This document shows, in pieces, positions 11,201 to 23,869 of a DNA stretch of 64,000 bases. The notes beneath the pieces were generated by a model, which was not told where the DNA came from, made no database searches, and saw only the letters and a list, made by a program, of their open reading frames with translations. The stretch lies in NCBI GenBank assembly GCA_002269645.1, contig NIVC01000352.1, positions 124,001-188,000 on the forward strand, read 5' to 3'. The DNA comes from Macrostomum lignano. Its lineage: Eukaryota. Made by a program: the position numbers and the translations under genes. Position 1 is the first letter of the stretch, and every line of letters starts with the position of its first letter.

Positions 11201-13264
11201 GAGTAAAGCGAAGTGATTAGACGAGCGACAAAGTGATTGACGAATGGCATAAAGTGATTAGACGAGTGACATAAAGTGATTAGACGAGTGACATAAAGTG
11301 ATTAGATGAGTGACATAAAGTGATTAGACGAGTGACATGAAGTGATTAGGCGAGTGACATGAAGTGATTAGACGAGTGACATGAAGTGATTAGACGAGTG
11401 ACATGAAGTGATTAGACGAGTGACATGAAGTGATTAGACGAGTGACATGAAGTGATTAGACGAGTGACAAAGTGACAGCCGCTTACAAACGGACTGGGAG
11501 GCGGCGGCGCCGTGGGCCGGTCCGACGCCCTGGAATTCCGTTGTCGATGCCTCAGTGCGGTTATCTACCTCGGGTAGGTAGAAATTGATTCGAAGTTTTT
11601 TTACTGTTTTTGCCGAAAAATTTACGCCGGGATCTGAAATTCAAAAATAAAAACTCGTGCTTCTTAAAACACAGGAGAAACGAGCAAAGGAAATTCACCT
11701 GACATACCTGCAATATTTATATTGAAGTTTTCAAGAGTCGCCTTTTTACTAGCCATCGCCTCTCTCCACTTACTCTGCTGACAGGACCGCACCATCACGC
11801 GATCCAGACTGCAACGGGATATGACAGTGAAAAATAAAAATGTCTGTCTGATCTAATCCTCTTAACACCAATCCAGATCCTCCTCCTCCCCACCAATCCA
11901 TATCCCCCTCCCCACTAATCCAGATCCCCCTCCCCACTAATCCATATCCCCCTCCCCACCAATCCAGATCCCCTCCCCACCAATCCAGATCCCCCTCCCC
12001 ATCAATCCAGATCCCCTTCCTCACCAATCCAGATCCCCCTCCCCATCAATCCAGATCCCCCTCCCCATCAATCCAGACCCCCTTTCCCTCCAATCCAGAC
12101 CCCCTTCCCCACCAATCCATACCCCCTTCCCCATCAATCCAGATCCCCCTCCCCACCAATCCGGATCCTCCTCCCCACCAATCCAGATTCTCCTCCCCAC
12201 CAATCCAGATCCTCCTCCCCACCAATCCAGATCCTCCTCCCCACCAATCCAGATCCCCCTCCCCACCAATCCAGATCCCCTTTCCCTCCAATCCAGATCC
12301 CCTTTCCCTCCAATCCAGATCCCCTTCCCCACCAATCCAGATCCCCCTCCCCATCAATCCAGATCCCCGTCCTCACCAATCCAGACCCCCCTCCTCATCA
12401 ATCCAGATCCCCTTCCTCACCAATCCAGATCCCTCCCCATCAATCCAGACCCCCCTCCCCATCAATCCAGATCCCCTTCCTTACCAATCCAGATCCCTCC
12501 CCATCAATCCAGATCCCCTTCCCCACCAATCCAGCTCCCCTTCCCCACCAATCCAGATCCCCCCTCCCCACCAATCCAGCTCCCCTTCCCCACCAATCCA
12601 GATCCCCTTCCCCACCAATCCAGATCCCCCTCCCCATCAATCCATACCCCCTCCCCATCAATCCAGATTCCCTTCCCCATCAATCCAGATCCCACTCCCA
12701 ACCAATCCAGATCCCCCTCCCCATTAATCCAGATCCCCTTCCCCACCAATCCAGATCCCCCTCCCCACCAATCCAGACCCCCCTCCCCATCAATCCGGAT
12801 CCCCTTTCTCACCAATCCAGATCCCCCTCCCCATCAATCCAGATCCCCTTCCTCACCAATCCAGACCCCCTTTCCCTCCAATCCAGATCTCATTCCTCGA
12901 CCATTTAGATGCCACAGCCAGCTTACAGCTTTTAAACAAGCCAAGTGATTCATGCTCACCGGACCAGCGCTTTCTCTTCGCCAGCAGGAATAGTAACAAC
13001 CTTCTTGAATATGCCATCAGTGCAGCTGTTGCCATCCAATTGATACGGGTGATTCTCGCCATCTACACTAACCAAAACAGCTATAACTGTGCACTGAAGT
13101 AAGCTTGATGGACCTGCGACCTCGCCTAATTTTCGCTGAACAGCCAATGTCACGCACTGACCTTCCAATTGGCCTCGCAAGTACAGAGTCTCATTTAAAT
13201 TTCGAGTGCGGGCATTGCCAAGTGGACAAGTGGGTGCAGGCTGCACTTCAATGCGCATATACAT
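8268..13264 (-). CDS. Divergent Rel-homology-domain transcription factor (NF-kB/Rel/NFAT family). Exons 13264-12960, 11808-11708, 11633-11487, 10314-10210, 10135-10059, 9962-9719, 8751-8268; apparent 1-nt frameshift at 8674-8677; ~487 aa when corrected
   Basis: All six introns are GT-AG with matching phases (2,1,1,1,0,1). Motifs: YMRIEVQP (NFATc LRIEVQP, RelA YVEIIEQP); RTRNLNE (RelA RFRYKCE, NFAT5 RARYLTE); HPYQLDGNSCTDGIF (RelA HPHELVGKDCRDGFY); KLRINFYLP; SEPIRFRW (RelA SEPMEFQY); basic PRRKQ after the IPT domain; Gln-rich/acidic tail ending EELWDDLMEII. Confidence 0.82.
8790..9000 (+). mobile_element. tRNA-derived SINE; 3' part replaced by a minisatellite
   Basis: tRNA-like head with B-box-like GGCTCGATTCC; about 200 bp nearly identical to 26885-27075. 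Confidence 0.75.
8990..9630. repeat. Minisatellite, 22-bp unit (GTGTGAGGATGGCGGAGGCCCA), Rel-like intron 6
   Basis: Tandem units starting in the SINE's GTGTGAG tract. Confidence 0.95.
10325..11478. repeat. Minisatellite, 20-22-bp unit (GTGATTGGATGTGAGTGACAAT, grading to GTGATTAGACGAGTGACATGAA); fills Rel-like intron 3
   Basis: Tandem units reach to within about 10 nt of both splice sites. Confidence 0.95.
11865..12890. repeat. Pyrimidine-rich minisatellite, ~21-22-bp unit (CCAATCCAGATCCCCCTCCCCA), Rel-like intron 1
   Basis: Tandem units; source of the Gly/Trp-rich ORFs. Confidence 0.95.
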
Positions 13265-14504
13265 TTATGTAGGTAGCATGAAGTCAATAAATTTTTTGTT
13301 AAAGTCCACAGGTTAAAATATTATTTTCAATGCTAAAATTTATATACATTGAATATGCCAGTAATGTAAAATTAATTCTATATTTATATAGCCTAGGCCT
13401 ATGGTTGTCATCAATAACATTTATAATCATCTATATGCAACCTCCTCAATTTAGTTTTAAAATGTGACTTATTTATTTGGTCTATCTGCAACTTGGTAGT
13501 TGGTTCTAATAATGGTATAGTTGTGACTTTCTTTTGCTTTCTTTCTCTTTTGTTGGTTTTACCATTTATTGTTTTATTTTCTTCCTTGCTTCTTTTTTTC
13601 CACTTACATTGGTCATTTATTGTTCTTTTTACTTATTATTATTATTATTGTACTTATTTTTATTATTGATCTACTCTAGAAAGTGGTTTCTTATGCCAAA
13701 AATGATGGCATATTTACTATGACATACTTAAAATGATTTTTAAATAAAACATTGGCATGCAGAGTTGGAATGCACAAAAAATGGCACCAAGTTCAAGTTT
13801 GGCATAAATGGATATATCTAAATTTTGATTAAGTAAAACCTTTTTATAGAGTTTTGCTGTAGCAGTGGATATGGCTATAGGAAATTATTACAGATATGGT
13901 TATAGGAACACATATTTCCTATATCTAGTTCTTGTATTTAGTAATAGCACTCAACTGAGACTTAAGACAATTGAAGCTGTTGATTTAATAGGGGTAAAGA
14001 TGAATGAATGTTCAAAGTGAGGGAACTTTTAAGTCCTTGGAATTTAGGACTCAAGCATCAACATAGATTTTCAATGCCATGTCCACATTGTGGTTGAGTG
14101 ATAGGGGCTAAAGTTAAGATAATTTTGTCACTTTCAAAGGGGAGCACCTAAGAACCTGCATGGATTTGGGGGCTTAAGCAATAGAGTTTTGATGCCATAT
14201 GCACATTGTAGTTGGGTGGTAGAGACTAAAGTTAATATAAATATTTTCAATTTCCAGGGGAACTCTTAAGTTCCTAGAATTAAAGACTAGGGTTGGGTTA
14301 GGGTAGTAAGGGCTAAATTTAAGATGAATGTTTTCACTTTTAATATGAAATGTCAATGTCAAGGCTAATGTGGGGATTGCTAAGATATAAAAGCTAAGGT
14401 CAGAAGCTACATTTAGTTTATTCAAAAAAATATTTACATTCTTTGTTGGCTGGCTCCTAACAGGAAACACTGATAAAAGAAGCAAGCCAAAAATAAAAGA
14501 TAAG

Positions 14505-14900
14505 TCATGTCAAACATAAAAGAAGCATTATGTCAAACATAAAGAAGCATCATGTCAAACATCATGTCAAACATCATGTCAAACATAAAGAAGCATCATG
14601 TCAAACATAAAAGAAGCATCATGTCAAACATAAAGAAGTATCATGTCAAATGTAAAGAAGCATCATGTCAAACATAAAAGAAGCATCATGTCAAACATAA
14701 AGAAGTATCATGTCAAATGTAAAGAAGCATCATGTCAAACATAAAAGAAGCATCATGTCAAACATAAAGAAGCATCATGTCAAACATAAAGAAGTATCAT
14801 GTCAAATGTAAAGAAGCATCATGTCAAACATAAAGAAGCATCATGTCAAACATAAAGAAGCATCATGTCAAACATAAAGAAGCATCATGTCAAACATTCT
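14505..14900. repeat. Minisatellite, 22-23-bp unit (CATCATGTCAAACATAAAGAAG)
   Basis: Tandem units within an AT-rich block. Confidence 0.95.
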
Positions 14901-16189
14901 ATATATAAACATATTGCCTGGTTTGAAAATTAGCTAGGACAGGAGGGCTTGTAGGCCACAGTAGGTGGATAGATAAATCTAGGGTATATTTGCGAGTTAC
15001 TTGTATATTATCCTAAGTGTATATTAATCCCCTAGCCAATGAATATGAAAGAGAAGATTTGTAGGTCAAAAATTAAACATGCTTTAATGCCAGTCTGACA
15101 ATCCAATTGTTATATATTATCCTTGGTTATGACTAGATTAGGGTTAAGATTAGGGTTAGGTTTAGGACTAGGATTTTAGGGTTAGAGTTAGTTGAAATTG
15201 CTTAGAGTTCAAGGCTCACAGGGGGATTGTTAAGATATTAAGGCTTTAAATGCAATTTATTATAAGATTGTATTCTATTTTTTTTTGGCTCCCCAACAAA
15301 GATGCAAATTGCTATTCTATCTGCTAAAACTCATCAATCTTTCTATTTAATCTATTATAGTATTCATTGTTAAACTAAATATAATTTTAAAGAAAATAAT
15401 TAAACATGCAAAAGTAAAAGAGTGCCTATTATCCTCCCTATAGGAAAAATTTGTAAAACTGTGGACAGTGTCTAGTGCACTTTCAAAAATTTTCTAAAGT
15501 GCAGTGCATACACAGGTGTGCAACGCCTACGCACGCTGCCCTTTCCTATTGGCTGCTGCTCTAGCAAATAAATATACATGGAAAAGGGTCTAATACCTTT
15601 GTGGAAGGGGCCTATACACTCGTTATTTCTCATATAATGCTTAGAGATGTTCCAAAATTTCAATTTTGATTTTCCAAAATTTGGAATTACAATTTTGAAA
15701 TAATTCGGAAGTCAAAATTTTGGAAGTGTGTAAGAGTGACTAAAAATAAACTAATTTGTATTTGTATTTTGTTTTGCATAAGCAGTAAATCAAGAGTAAA
15801 AAAGTGAGTTTTTGTCATAGTAAACTTTGTTTTTCTGAATTTTGATTTTGGAAAATTTTAATTATGATTTTGAAAAGTTAGTGAATTTTGATTTTGAGAA
15901 AATGATTTCTAATAATCCTAAAGCACAATAAAATAATTTGACTCTTTTTCTAAAGTGCACATCTGCAAGTTTTCAACATTTATTCCAATAGGGATAATCC
16001 TTATAATTAATTTTTTTCTATTTTTATTAAGCCCACTTATTTTTAAACTATAATTTATATAAGGGCCTAACTTAAAACTCAAGTTAAAGTCAAAATACCT
16101 GGTAGATCTAGGTCTATTAGATATTGTCATTCCTTTTAACTTTATATTCTATTTGTTTCTTCTATTTTAATTCATTTAGCTTCCCTTTA

Positions 16190-16870
16190 ATAGTTCTATA
16201 GATTTTGATAAAGCAGTGCTTATCTTTATAGTATCTATGAATAATTTCTATCTTATTCCTGCATTATTGTGAGAATAATTTTCTGCTTAATCTACATGGC
16301 ATATGGACAAGATAGCAATCCTATTGATTTATATAATATGCTATAAGAATAATTTCTGTCTTAGGCCTATCCACATGGCATACTAATATAATAAGATAGT
16401 TGATTTTCCTACAAATATTATAGGGAATAATTAATGTCTTATCCTTATGGCACAATGACAAAAAAGCCTAGTCTACCTTATCTTTCTATAGATATATTAT
16501 AGGCCTATAGAATAATTTAGTTTGTTACTTAGTTGTTAGGAGTTAGGCCTAGGCCTATGGTCTAATTGCAATATAATAATATAACTTTGCTTGAAGATTT
16601 GTTTTATAGAAATAAAAATTAAAAATAATAAATAATAAAGCAAAGGTATATATAGAAGATAAGACAGCTATATTGTTAGTATGTCATGTGGATAAAAAGA
16701 AAATTATTCTCAAAGTATATATATAGATCAATAGGATGGGCTAGCTATCTTGCCCATGTGGCATGTGCCATATAGATAAGCAAAAAATTATCCCCACAGT
16801 ACTATAAGAGTAAGACAAATTATTCTTATGGTACCGTGGGGATAAACACTACCTTTTGATAAATCCATGC
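16190..16870. repeat. Degenerate long inverted repeat (arms ~16190-16400 and ~16660-16870)
   Basis: The reverse complement of 16665-16830 aligns by eye to 16238-16400 (GAATAATTT..CTACATGGCA..GACAAGATAGC..ATCCTATTGAT..GAATAATTT..ATCCACATGGCATACTAA). Confidence 0.6.
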
Positions 16871-17809
16871 CATTTATTAATCATTACTCAATTTAACTAT
16901 CAGAATAAATAATTATGCCAATTGCTAATGTTTTAGGGCTACAGCATTTCTGTCTAAATCATTTTGAGTCATAGGGGCCAAGTCTCATGATGACATGATT
17001 GAGTTGGGAGCTTGTATCAGAAATCAAAAACTTATTAATTTATGTTGCACTAAAGATTAAATTATAAACTTATTGTGTTGAACCAGCCAAACTAGGCTAG
17101 ACACATAGCATAGGCCTAGGCCTATCTGTGCCTGAGGCTGGATACCGAGTTCTGTTTTTATATCAACTGAGTCCTAAGCCACACTACAATGTTACATTGC
17201 CAACATTACTAATAATGCCCTTTACTGCCTAAGGCATGCAATGATATTGGTAATGTCCTTACAAATAAAATAATTAACGTATACAAAAAGTTATAGTAAC
17301 TGAATTGTCACTAATAATATAATAACAGTTTTAATGATATCCATAACCAATACCATCATACTATATTCTATAAGAAGATGTTTTATCACTTATATTATCA
17401 GCCCGGTCACGATCGCGGCTGAGGCAAGATCGCACTGAGAAGGCGGAGGACACCTGCTGCTTCGTAGAAAAAAATAGATTTAAACTTTGCGATGAGTTGT
17501 CAAAATATTTAACAAATATATTTTATAAGAAAGTCTAAAAAAGCTCGAATAAATGTCGTATCCACGCTTTTTATTTTTCCATTTTTGTGTTTAATTTAAA
17601 ATATCTTACTAATTATACTAAACGGAAGTCGGAAGGCTACTCTCGCTTTTTATGTCACCACTGGACTGTACTATAGTACAATAATAATACATTATTGCAT
17701 TATTATCTACTATAATCAATAAATAAATTTACTTTCGGTATCTTTCTGTAAACATATGTTAAACATATCATTTTACCAAGGGCTAGGACCGCACAGCAGT
17801 ATGTACTAT

Positions 17810-18740
17810 AGCAACAACAACAACAACAGAGAATACGCAGTTAGCGTCACAGGGCGCGCTTCAAGGCCAGGTCGCGAATAAACGCCACGCCGCCGGCCGA
17901 ATCCGGGGCGCCGGCGTCAGCCAGCAGGCAGTCGACACGAAACGCCGAGTGCGCGCCTGCCCTGCCATAGATTGGCCCAGCAACTGGGGATCTGGGAGGC
18001 TAGTGGCCCAGCAACTGAGGATCTGGGAGGCTGGTGGCCCAGCAACTGAGGATCTGGGGAGGCCAGGGTGGCCTGCAGCGTTAGCAGCAGCACCTCCTGC
18101 ACCGGCTCTGGGCAGTACGACTCAGCGCGGATGATGTGGCCTGCCAGCTGGATCGTCACCGACGGCGCAACAGGTCGCTTGGACGGACCAGGCCGGCGCG
18201 GCGATACAAAGCCGCGTTGCATGTGGTCACTCGCTCGTAGACGATCTTGAAGGCGGCGCGCAGCAGGCCAGCGTGCGCCGCGTCAACTTGTTGCTCGAGT
18301 GACTCCGTCAGCGTCCAGGTCTCGGCGTTGTACAACAGGACGGTCTCGATCACCGCCTGGAACAGCGCCGCGGCCCCCTCTGGCGGTCGGATAAGGCCTC
18401 GGACTGCAGGACTGCCCTCACAGAAAGAAAGGCAGCCCAGGCAAGCCCGCAGCGACGCCGCAAATCCTCGCGGACGCCGGGAACCAGACCGCCGAGGTAG
18501 ACGAACTGCTGACAACGTGGAAGCTCTGTCACCTGTCCATCAGCGCCTCGGCACAAAATCGATGTCGTCCGGCACGCAGAGCACAACAGTCCTTCTGCGT
18601 GTTGACCACCAGGCCGACACTCGCCGCAACAGCAACTAGCTTGTCCAGTTGTCGCTGGGCGCCCTCGATAGGAGGACAGCAGGGCGAGTTCGTCGGCGTA
18701 GCCAAGCACGCTGATGAAACGCCTCTCCTGTTGACGTCCA
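17810..18740 (-). mobile_element. Degenerate non-LTR retrotransposon (RTE/CR1-like) 3' half: RT C-terminus to tail
   Basis: Frameshifted pieces: VLGYADELALLS (YADD motif), GAQRQLDKLVAVAASVGLVVN, FVYLGG, ALFQAVIETVLLYNAETWTLT, LQLAGHIIR. (TTG)n-type tail at 17810-17828. Internal ~30-bp tandem expansion at 17975-18070. Confidence 0.9.
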
Positions 18741-20062
18741 ACCGGAGATACGATAGCAGATCTTTGCATTACATGTATAACACAATAAATATTGGCTGCG
18801 CCATGCATTGCGTGATACTTTTTTTACTTTGACAGACAGCAATACCGCGTATATTTCGATTTTCGATTAAACTAAATACATATTTGGGCTTATGAAATAA
18901 AAAAACAATATGAAAATTAAACTCAGTACACACAGACTCTATATAATAAAACATAAAGTGGGGTGAAAATGCAATCAATTGTTCGAATCGTATATTCTTC
19001 AATATTGCTTTCAAATTTAGAAAACGGAACCCAATGTTTAAATCCTATAAAGAGTCTGCATGGCCCATTGCCAACAACAATATGCTATAATTTCTGACTG
19101 AGAAACTCGACTGAGAGCTAGTTATGCAAAATTGTGAACGCCTGCAGAGACACGCTTGTCTTAGAATATCTGAGAAAGATACTAAAACTATAGACTATTG
19201 CAAAGAACAATTGATGCATTGTCATCAGAAGAGCACTTTGCTACGATTCTTCGCCATCAGTAATAAGTAGTTTTGTATGAGAAAACTTCGTACGCACGCA
19301 CCCAAGTTCAAGCGAACTATTTGATATAACAGAGCAGCTAGGCTATGAAAAGTTTGCTCTTGCTCTCAACTAGGGGAGCGTACTTGCGAATCTCGGCGAC
19401 AGGCACTTTCATGCAATGCCTCTTTGGTAACCCCCAATACGCCCTCCTCAGGGGGCCTGCTCAAGTATAGTCCGTTGGTTTCTTAGACTCTAGACTCTTA
19501 GACTTAGACTCTAAGATCTTACTTACTCACCGCCCGCTATCTGCTGTGCATGGCCTGCCTAATGTACAGCGAATGAAGGGTGGTGAGAAATTCTGGATAT
19601 TTCTGTACAGCCCCAGCCTGTACTCCGGCCCTCTCTACCCCTCTGTTGTGTGGCCGGTTGCCTAGAGCAAGGGCGACCCCCCCCTCCCAACGCATTCCAT
19701 TCAAGCTCTAGCTTATTAATTGAGATGCTCCCCACAAACTCCGCTTACTCACTGCGCATCCCTACTCCATCCTAACCATTCCTCCTTTTCTATCCCTTGT
19801 GTCAAAATCAGTTCCCTTTCCCCCATCTTCTCTTGAGTCTCTCCTTCCAATACCTCAATTATTAAGATAGATAGAAAGCCTTTTTATATACTCGTATATC
19901 AAGCAGAAGACGACCGTGAGTGACTTTTAATTCGTGACTGCAACCGAGATTTTATAATTTAACAGAAAGAAACGTTCGCAAAGAAACCACAACAGAAACG
20001 GACATCAAAACTAAAAGCAATCGCGGTATCCGAATTCGCTTGCGCGTCTCAGCAGTCTCAGC

Positions 20063-21412
20063 ATGCCGTACTACAACTGGGTCTACTTTGTCCAGCTGGC
20101 AATCGTTGCTGGCGTGATGGTCATTCTGTTCCTGCTGGTTTTTTCCCACACAATGGCCATCATTTTCGCAAGATCCCACTTTTACAAGAAGGTAGCTTTC
20201 GAGCCGGCCGCTGTCGAGGCCGGCCTGCCCGGCGTGTCCATCATCAAGCCGCTGGTTGGCATAGACAAGAATGTGTACAGCAACCTGGAGACCTACTTCA
20301 GGCTGGACTATCCCCGTTACGAGCTGCTGTTCTGCCTGGAGAGCGCGGACGATGCCGTCACTATGGTGGTGGACACACTGATGCAAAAGTACCCCAAAGT
20401 AGACACCCGGGTATTTACGTCACCTGTGCGTCACAACGTCAATCCCAAGATCAACAACATGATGCAGGGCTACTCAGCAGCAAAGTACGACCTCGTGATG
20501 GTCTCAGACAGCGGCGTTAAAATGCGACCAGAGGCGCTGATGGACATGGTTTGGTGCATGTCGCAAAAGGATATCGGAATTGTCCACCAGATGCCATTCA
20601 TTGAGCAGCGACCTGGCTTTCGCAACTTGGCCCATTCCACGCATTTTGGCTGCACGCATGCCAAGTTTTACATTAGCGCCCACTGTCTGGGGATCAACTG
20701 CTGCACAGGAATGTCCTGCCTGCTGCGCAAGCCCGTCATCGACAAGAAGCCGGGCGGTCTCGCCTACTTCGGCCGCTACCTAGCCGAGGATTTCTTCGTG
20801 GCGCAGCACTTCATTGAAAACGGTTACAAGATGACGCTGTCGCACTATCCCGCGCTGCAGGACGGCAGTGGAGAAGTTAGAGGTCTGCGTAGGCGTCTGA
20901 TACGCTGGCTGCAGCTGCGCGTCGCAATGGTGCCACAGCTGGTGAGTAAATGCGGCGCTCAATGACAGCTAATAACCATCGAGTTTTAGTGTATTGGGAT
21001 TTCAAAAGTTTACGCAAGTTCCCTAATAAATACTGCTCTCCAGGTGGTACTCGAGATGCTTGCCGAGTGCCTCGTGTCCGGCGCCATGGGTGCCTGGGCG
21101 TTCGCTTTCCTGCTTCCGAGCCTGGTCAATCCAATTGTGTACTTTCTAACCCACTGCCTGATCTGGTTGCTGGCCGACTATACCCTGCTGTGCAGCTGCC
21201 TGGACCCGGCCGAGCCGCTCATGTTCAGCCGGCTGGCGTTCATGTTCACGTGGCTATTCTGGATCGGAACCCAGCCGATCACGGTGGTTCGATCGCTCTT
21301 CCACTCAGAGATTGTCTGGCGGGACAAGCGCTTCCGGCTGCAGTGGGGCGGCAACACGGTGGAGCTGCCAGGCCTGCCTGTCAACCTCAGCGCTGCCAAG
21401 CAGGCAGTTTGA
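20063..21412 (+). CDS. UGCG: Ceramide glucosyltransferase (glucosylceramide synthase, GT21). Exons 20063-20941 and 21044-21412; 415 aa
   Basis: N-terminal TM helix, GVSIIKPLVG, NPKINN, SDSG, TGMSCLLRK, LAEDFF, RxxRW (RLIRW), hydrophobic C-terminus. Phase-0 GT-AG intron 20942-21043. Confidence 0.95.
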
Positions 21413-23869
21413 CAGCGTCTGCATGCGTGCGCGGTAGATGATGATAATTACAAGCCAACCTGTCTGCTAGATGACTACGTCGCACAGCTGACGAGGTCCC
21501 AGTTTTACCCACACTTGATGAGATGCGTCCACTTAAGTAATAAATTTTATCAGCTGTGCATTTTACCCTTGTACTACGCATGTAGCTGTCTCTCTGAACC
21601 AAAAGAACAGCCCCAGCCTGTGTGTGGTTCATTTAAAAATATTGCGTATTAATTTTAGTCTGTAGAATCTTCCCTACTTAGATTTTAGGCAATGCGCGTT
21701 TCATAAGCCACATCCGAACGCTGGGTTTCAGATTTTACTGGATCTAAAACGAGAATGTTGCACAGATGCGAATTATGAAACGTGCATACCCAGTCCCGAT
21801 AAACCCGGCTTTTAACATTGATTTTTTAACTGATTTCTTCTAGACATTTTCTCAACCACCTGTCACCTGTCTGTCAGCTTTGACTGCTTTCAGCTCTGCT
21901 TCTAATGTGCCGTACCTCCTTAATAACTAATCTCCTGCCTACCTATTCAATAATGATTTGATTCATTTTGCGTGCTAAACTTCGAGTTCCCGCACCTGCT
22001 AGCTAGTACGAGTATAATATAACATTCGAAGGCGTGATTGAATATCACCAGCAATCCCTGTAGTTCCAAAAAGCTACACTGATTTTTAATAAAACCTTTC
22101 TTACTGTTTGCGAGCATGAGTCAATGCTAAGGTATAACTCGATATTTTTGTCTCTGTAATTTATTTATGTTTTGCCTGGCCAAACAAATTTTCGATTAGT
22201 ATACAAATTAAAACAAATGAAATGTCCGGGCCGTTGCTAAACCAGCAAGAGACAGAGTGATTTGCCTGAGAGCAGTTATAAGAGAGCTAATTCAAGCTTG
22301 TTGTTTGTCTCTGTTTCCAGGCAAAGCCCCGACAACGCGAACTCTTATTTAAGCTCTGACTACTCAACCAGATGGCCTAAACCGCGAGGCTACTCGTTCA
22401 ATAAACTTGTCTCGTTTTGTCCGACGTCAGACGCGTGGCTAAGATAGAAAGAGAGGCGCAAAACAATGGTGCTGCAATAGCGTAGATTACAGACGGTTGC
22501 CGAGAAAGGCATTGTGGTCTATTATACGCGTAAATTGTATCAGCTCAGTCCGTCGCCCCTATGACCCCTTGCTCACTTGAGCCACGCCCTATCTTCGTGA
22601 CGGGCGGGAGGTGGGCTGCCTGGGTCAAGCTCAATGCAGCGAATGCGGAGAAGAGAGAGAACAGAGTGAGAGCAGAGTTGAAACTGGATGAGTAGGTTGG
22701 GTAGGCAATAGCACTGCTACAGGGCATCCTGCAGGCCTATAATTTGCTGAGCACAATGCAAATGATACAGACAGAATGATGCTGTTGTCATTGGTCAATA
22801 ACGCGCCTCTTCGTCCCTCATCAGTACTCACACGGACTGCAGGCCGCGAGTGTACAGCATGAGAACAGATGGAGACTGAAGGATAGAAAACGTCTGCCGG
22901 TGAACTATGGCAACAAGGGAAAGAGGGTGAGAGAGAATTCAGCAAGCCAGCGGGCGGTAGACAATGTTATAACCTTTAAGGCAATGGAACAAAACAGCAG
23001 AACAGCAGCGAATTGAAATAATGAATTCTGAGACAACCAGCAATTTTATGTGTAATTTGTTCATTCAGGTTTCATTACAACACAAAATTAAGTGCAAATT
23101 TGCTAATATATTTTAAATTACAAAGCTGTTTGCAAAAATATGTTCTCCAGCAGGTCAATGATGGCTCATGCATCGAAGTTGTTACTGATTGTGACAGACA
23201 CCAATATCGCGTGTTCCAAACCATGGTTTTACGGCAACAATCGAAAAGTACACAAAAAGCTGTGATTGCTTTTCCTACTAGCCGTATACTTTTCCAGGTA
23301 TAGCGATATTACCATGTACCTGTCAAACACATACACTGACAACTAAAGTACATTTAAAAGTACGCTACACTCGCAAAATCGTGCAAATTTAGGAATGTTT
23401 TAGTTTCTAAAAACAAAGTTTAAATATGCCACCTGAACTCCGAATTGCAAACAAAGGAAGTGTGCAGTGCGTTGTGCATTGCTCACAAGTTTATCAAACT
23501 TGTTTCAACAGGCTGATTTTCAAGTTGGAGTTCAGATAGTCCTTGAGTGACATTGGGAATTCAATGCTGAAAACACTGAAAACTTCCCATCTCACCAAAA
23601 TCTGCACGATTCGAGAGTACAGCGTTCTTCTGCTCTAAGTTATCCATGCTCAAGCGATCACTCCTTGTAGCAGAAAAGAATATATATTTGAACCGATAAA
23701 AACTTCAGTTTACATTGGATTGTTTTTTTCAAATTGCCTAATGATAAATGACAATTTAAGCAAGCAGGAAAAAATTCATCTCATGCTAATGAATATTGGT
23801 AACATTTTTTGACCATTCGACCATCAAAGATTATCTTCGAACCCAATGCATGCGGATTTTTTTACTTTT

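Noticed and set aside
19420-19470. Possible hammerhead ribozyme (CTGAGGAG on the minus strand)
   Set aside because: The required GAAA core and stems could not be formed convincingly by eye.
22800-22945. Possible LTR-retrotransposon integrase end and polypurine tract
   Set aside because: No LTR, PBS or recognisable pol motifs nearby.
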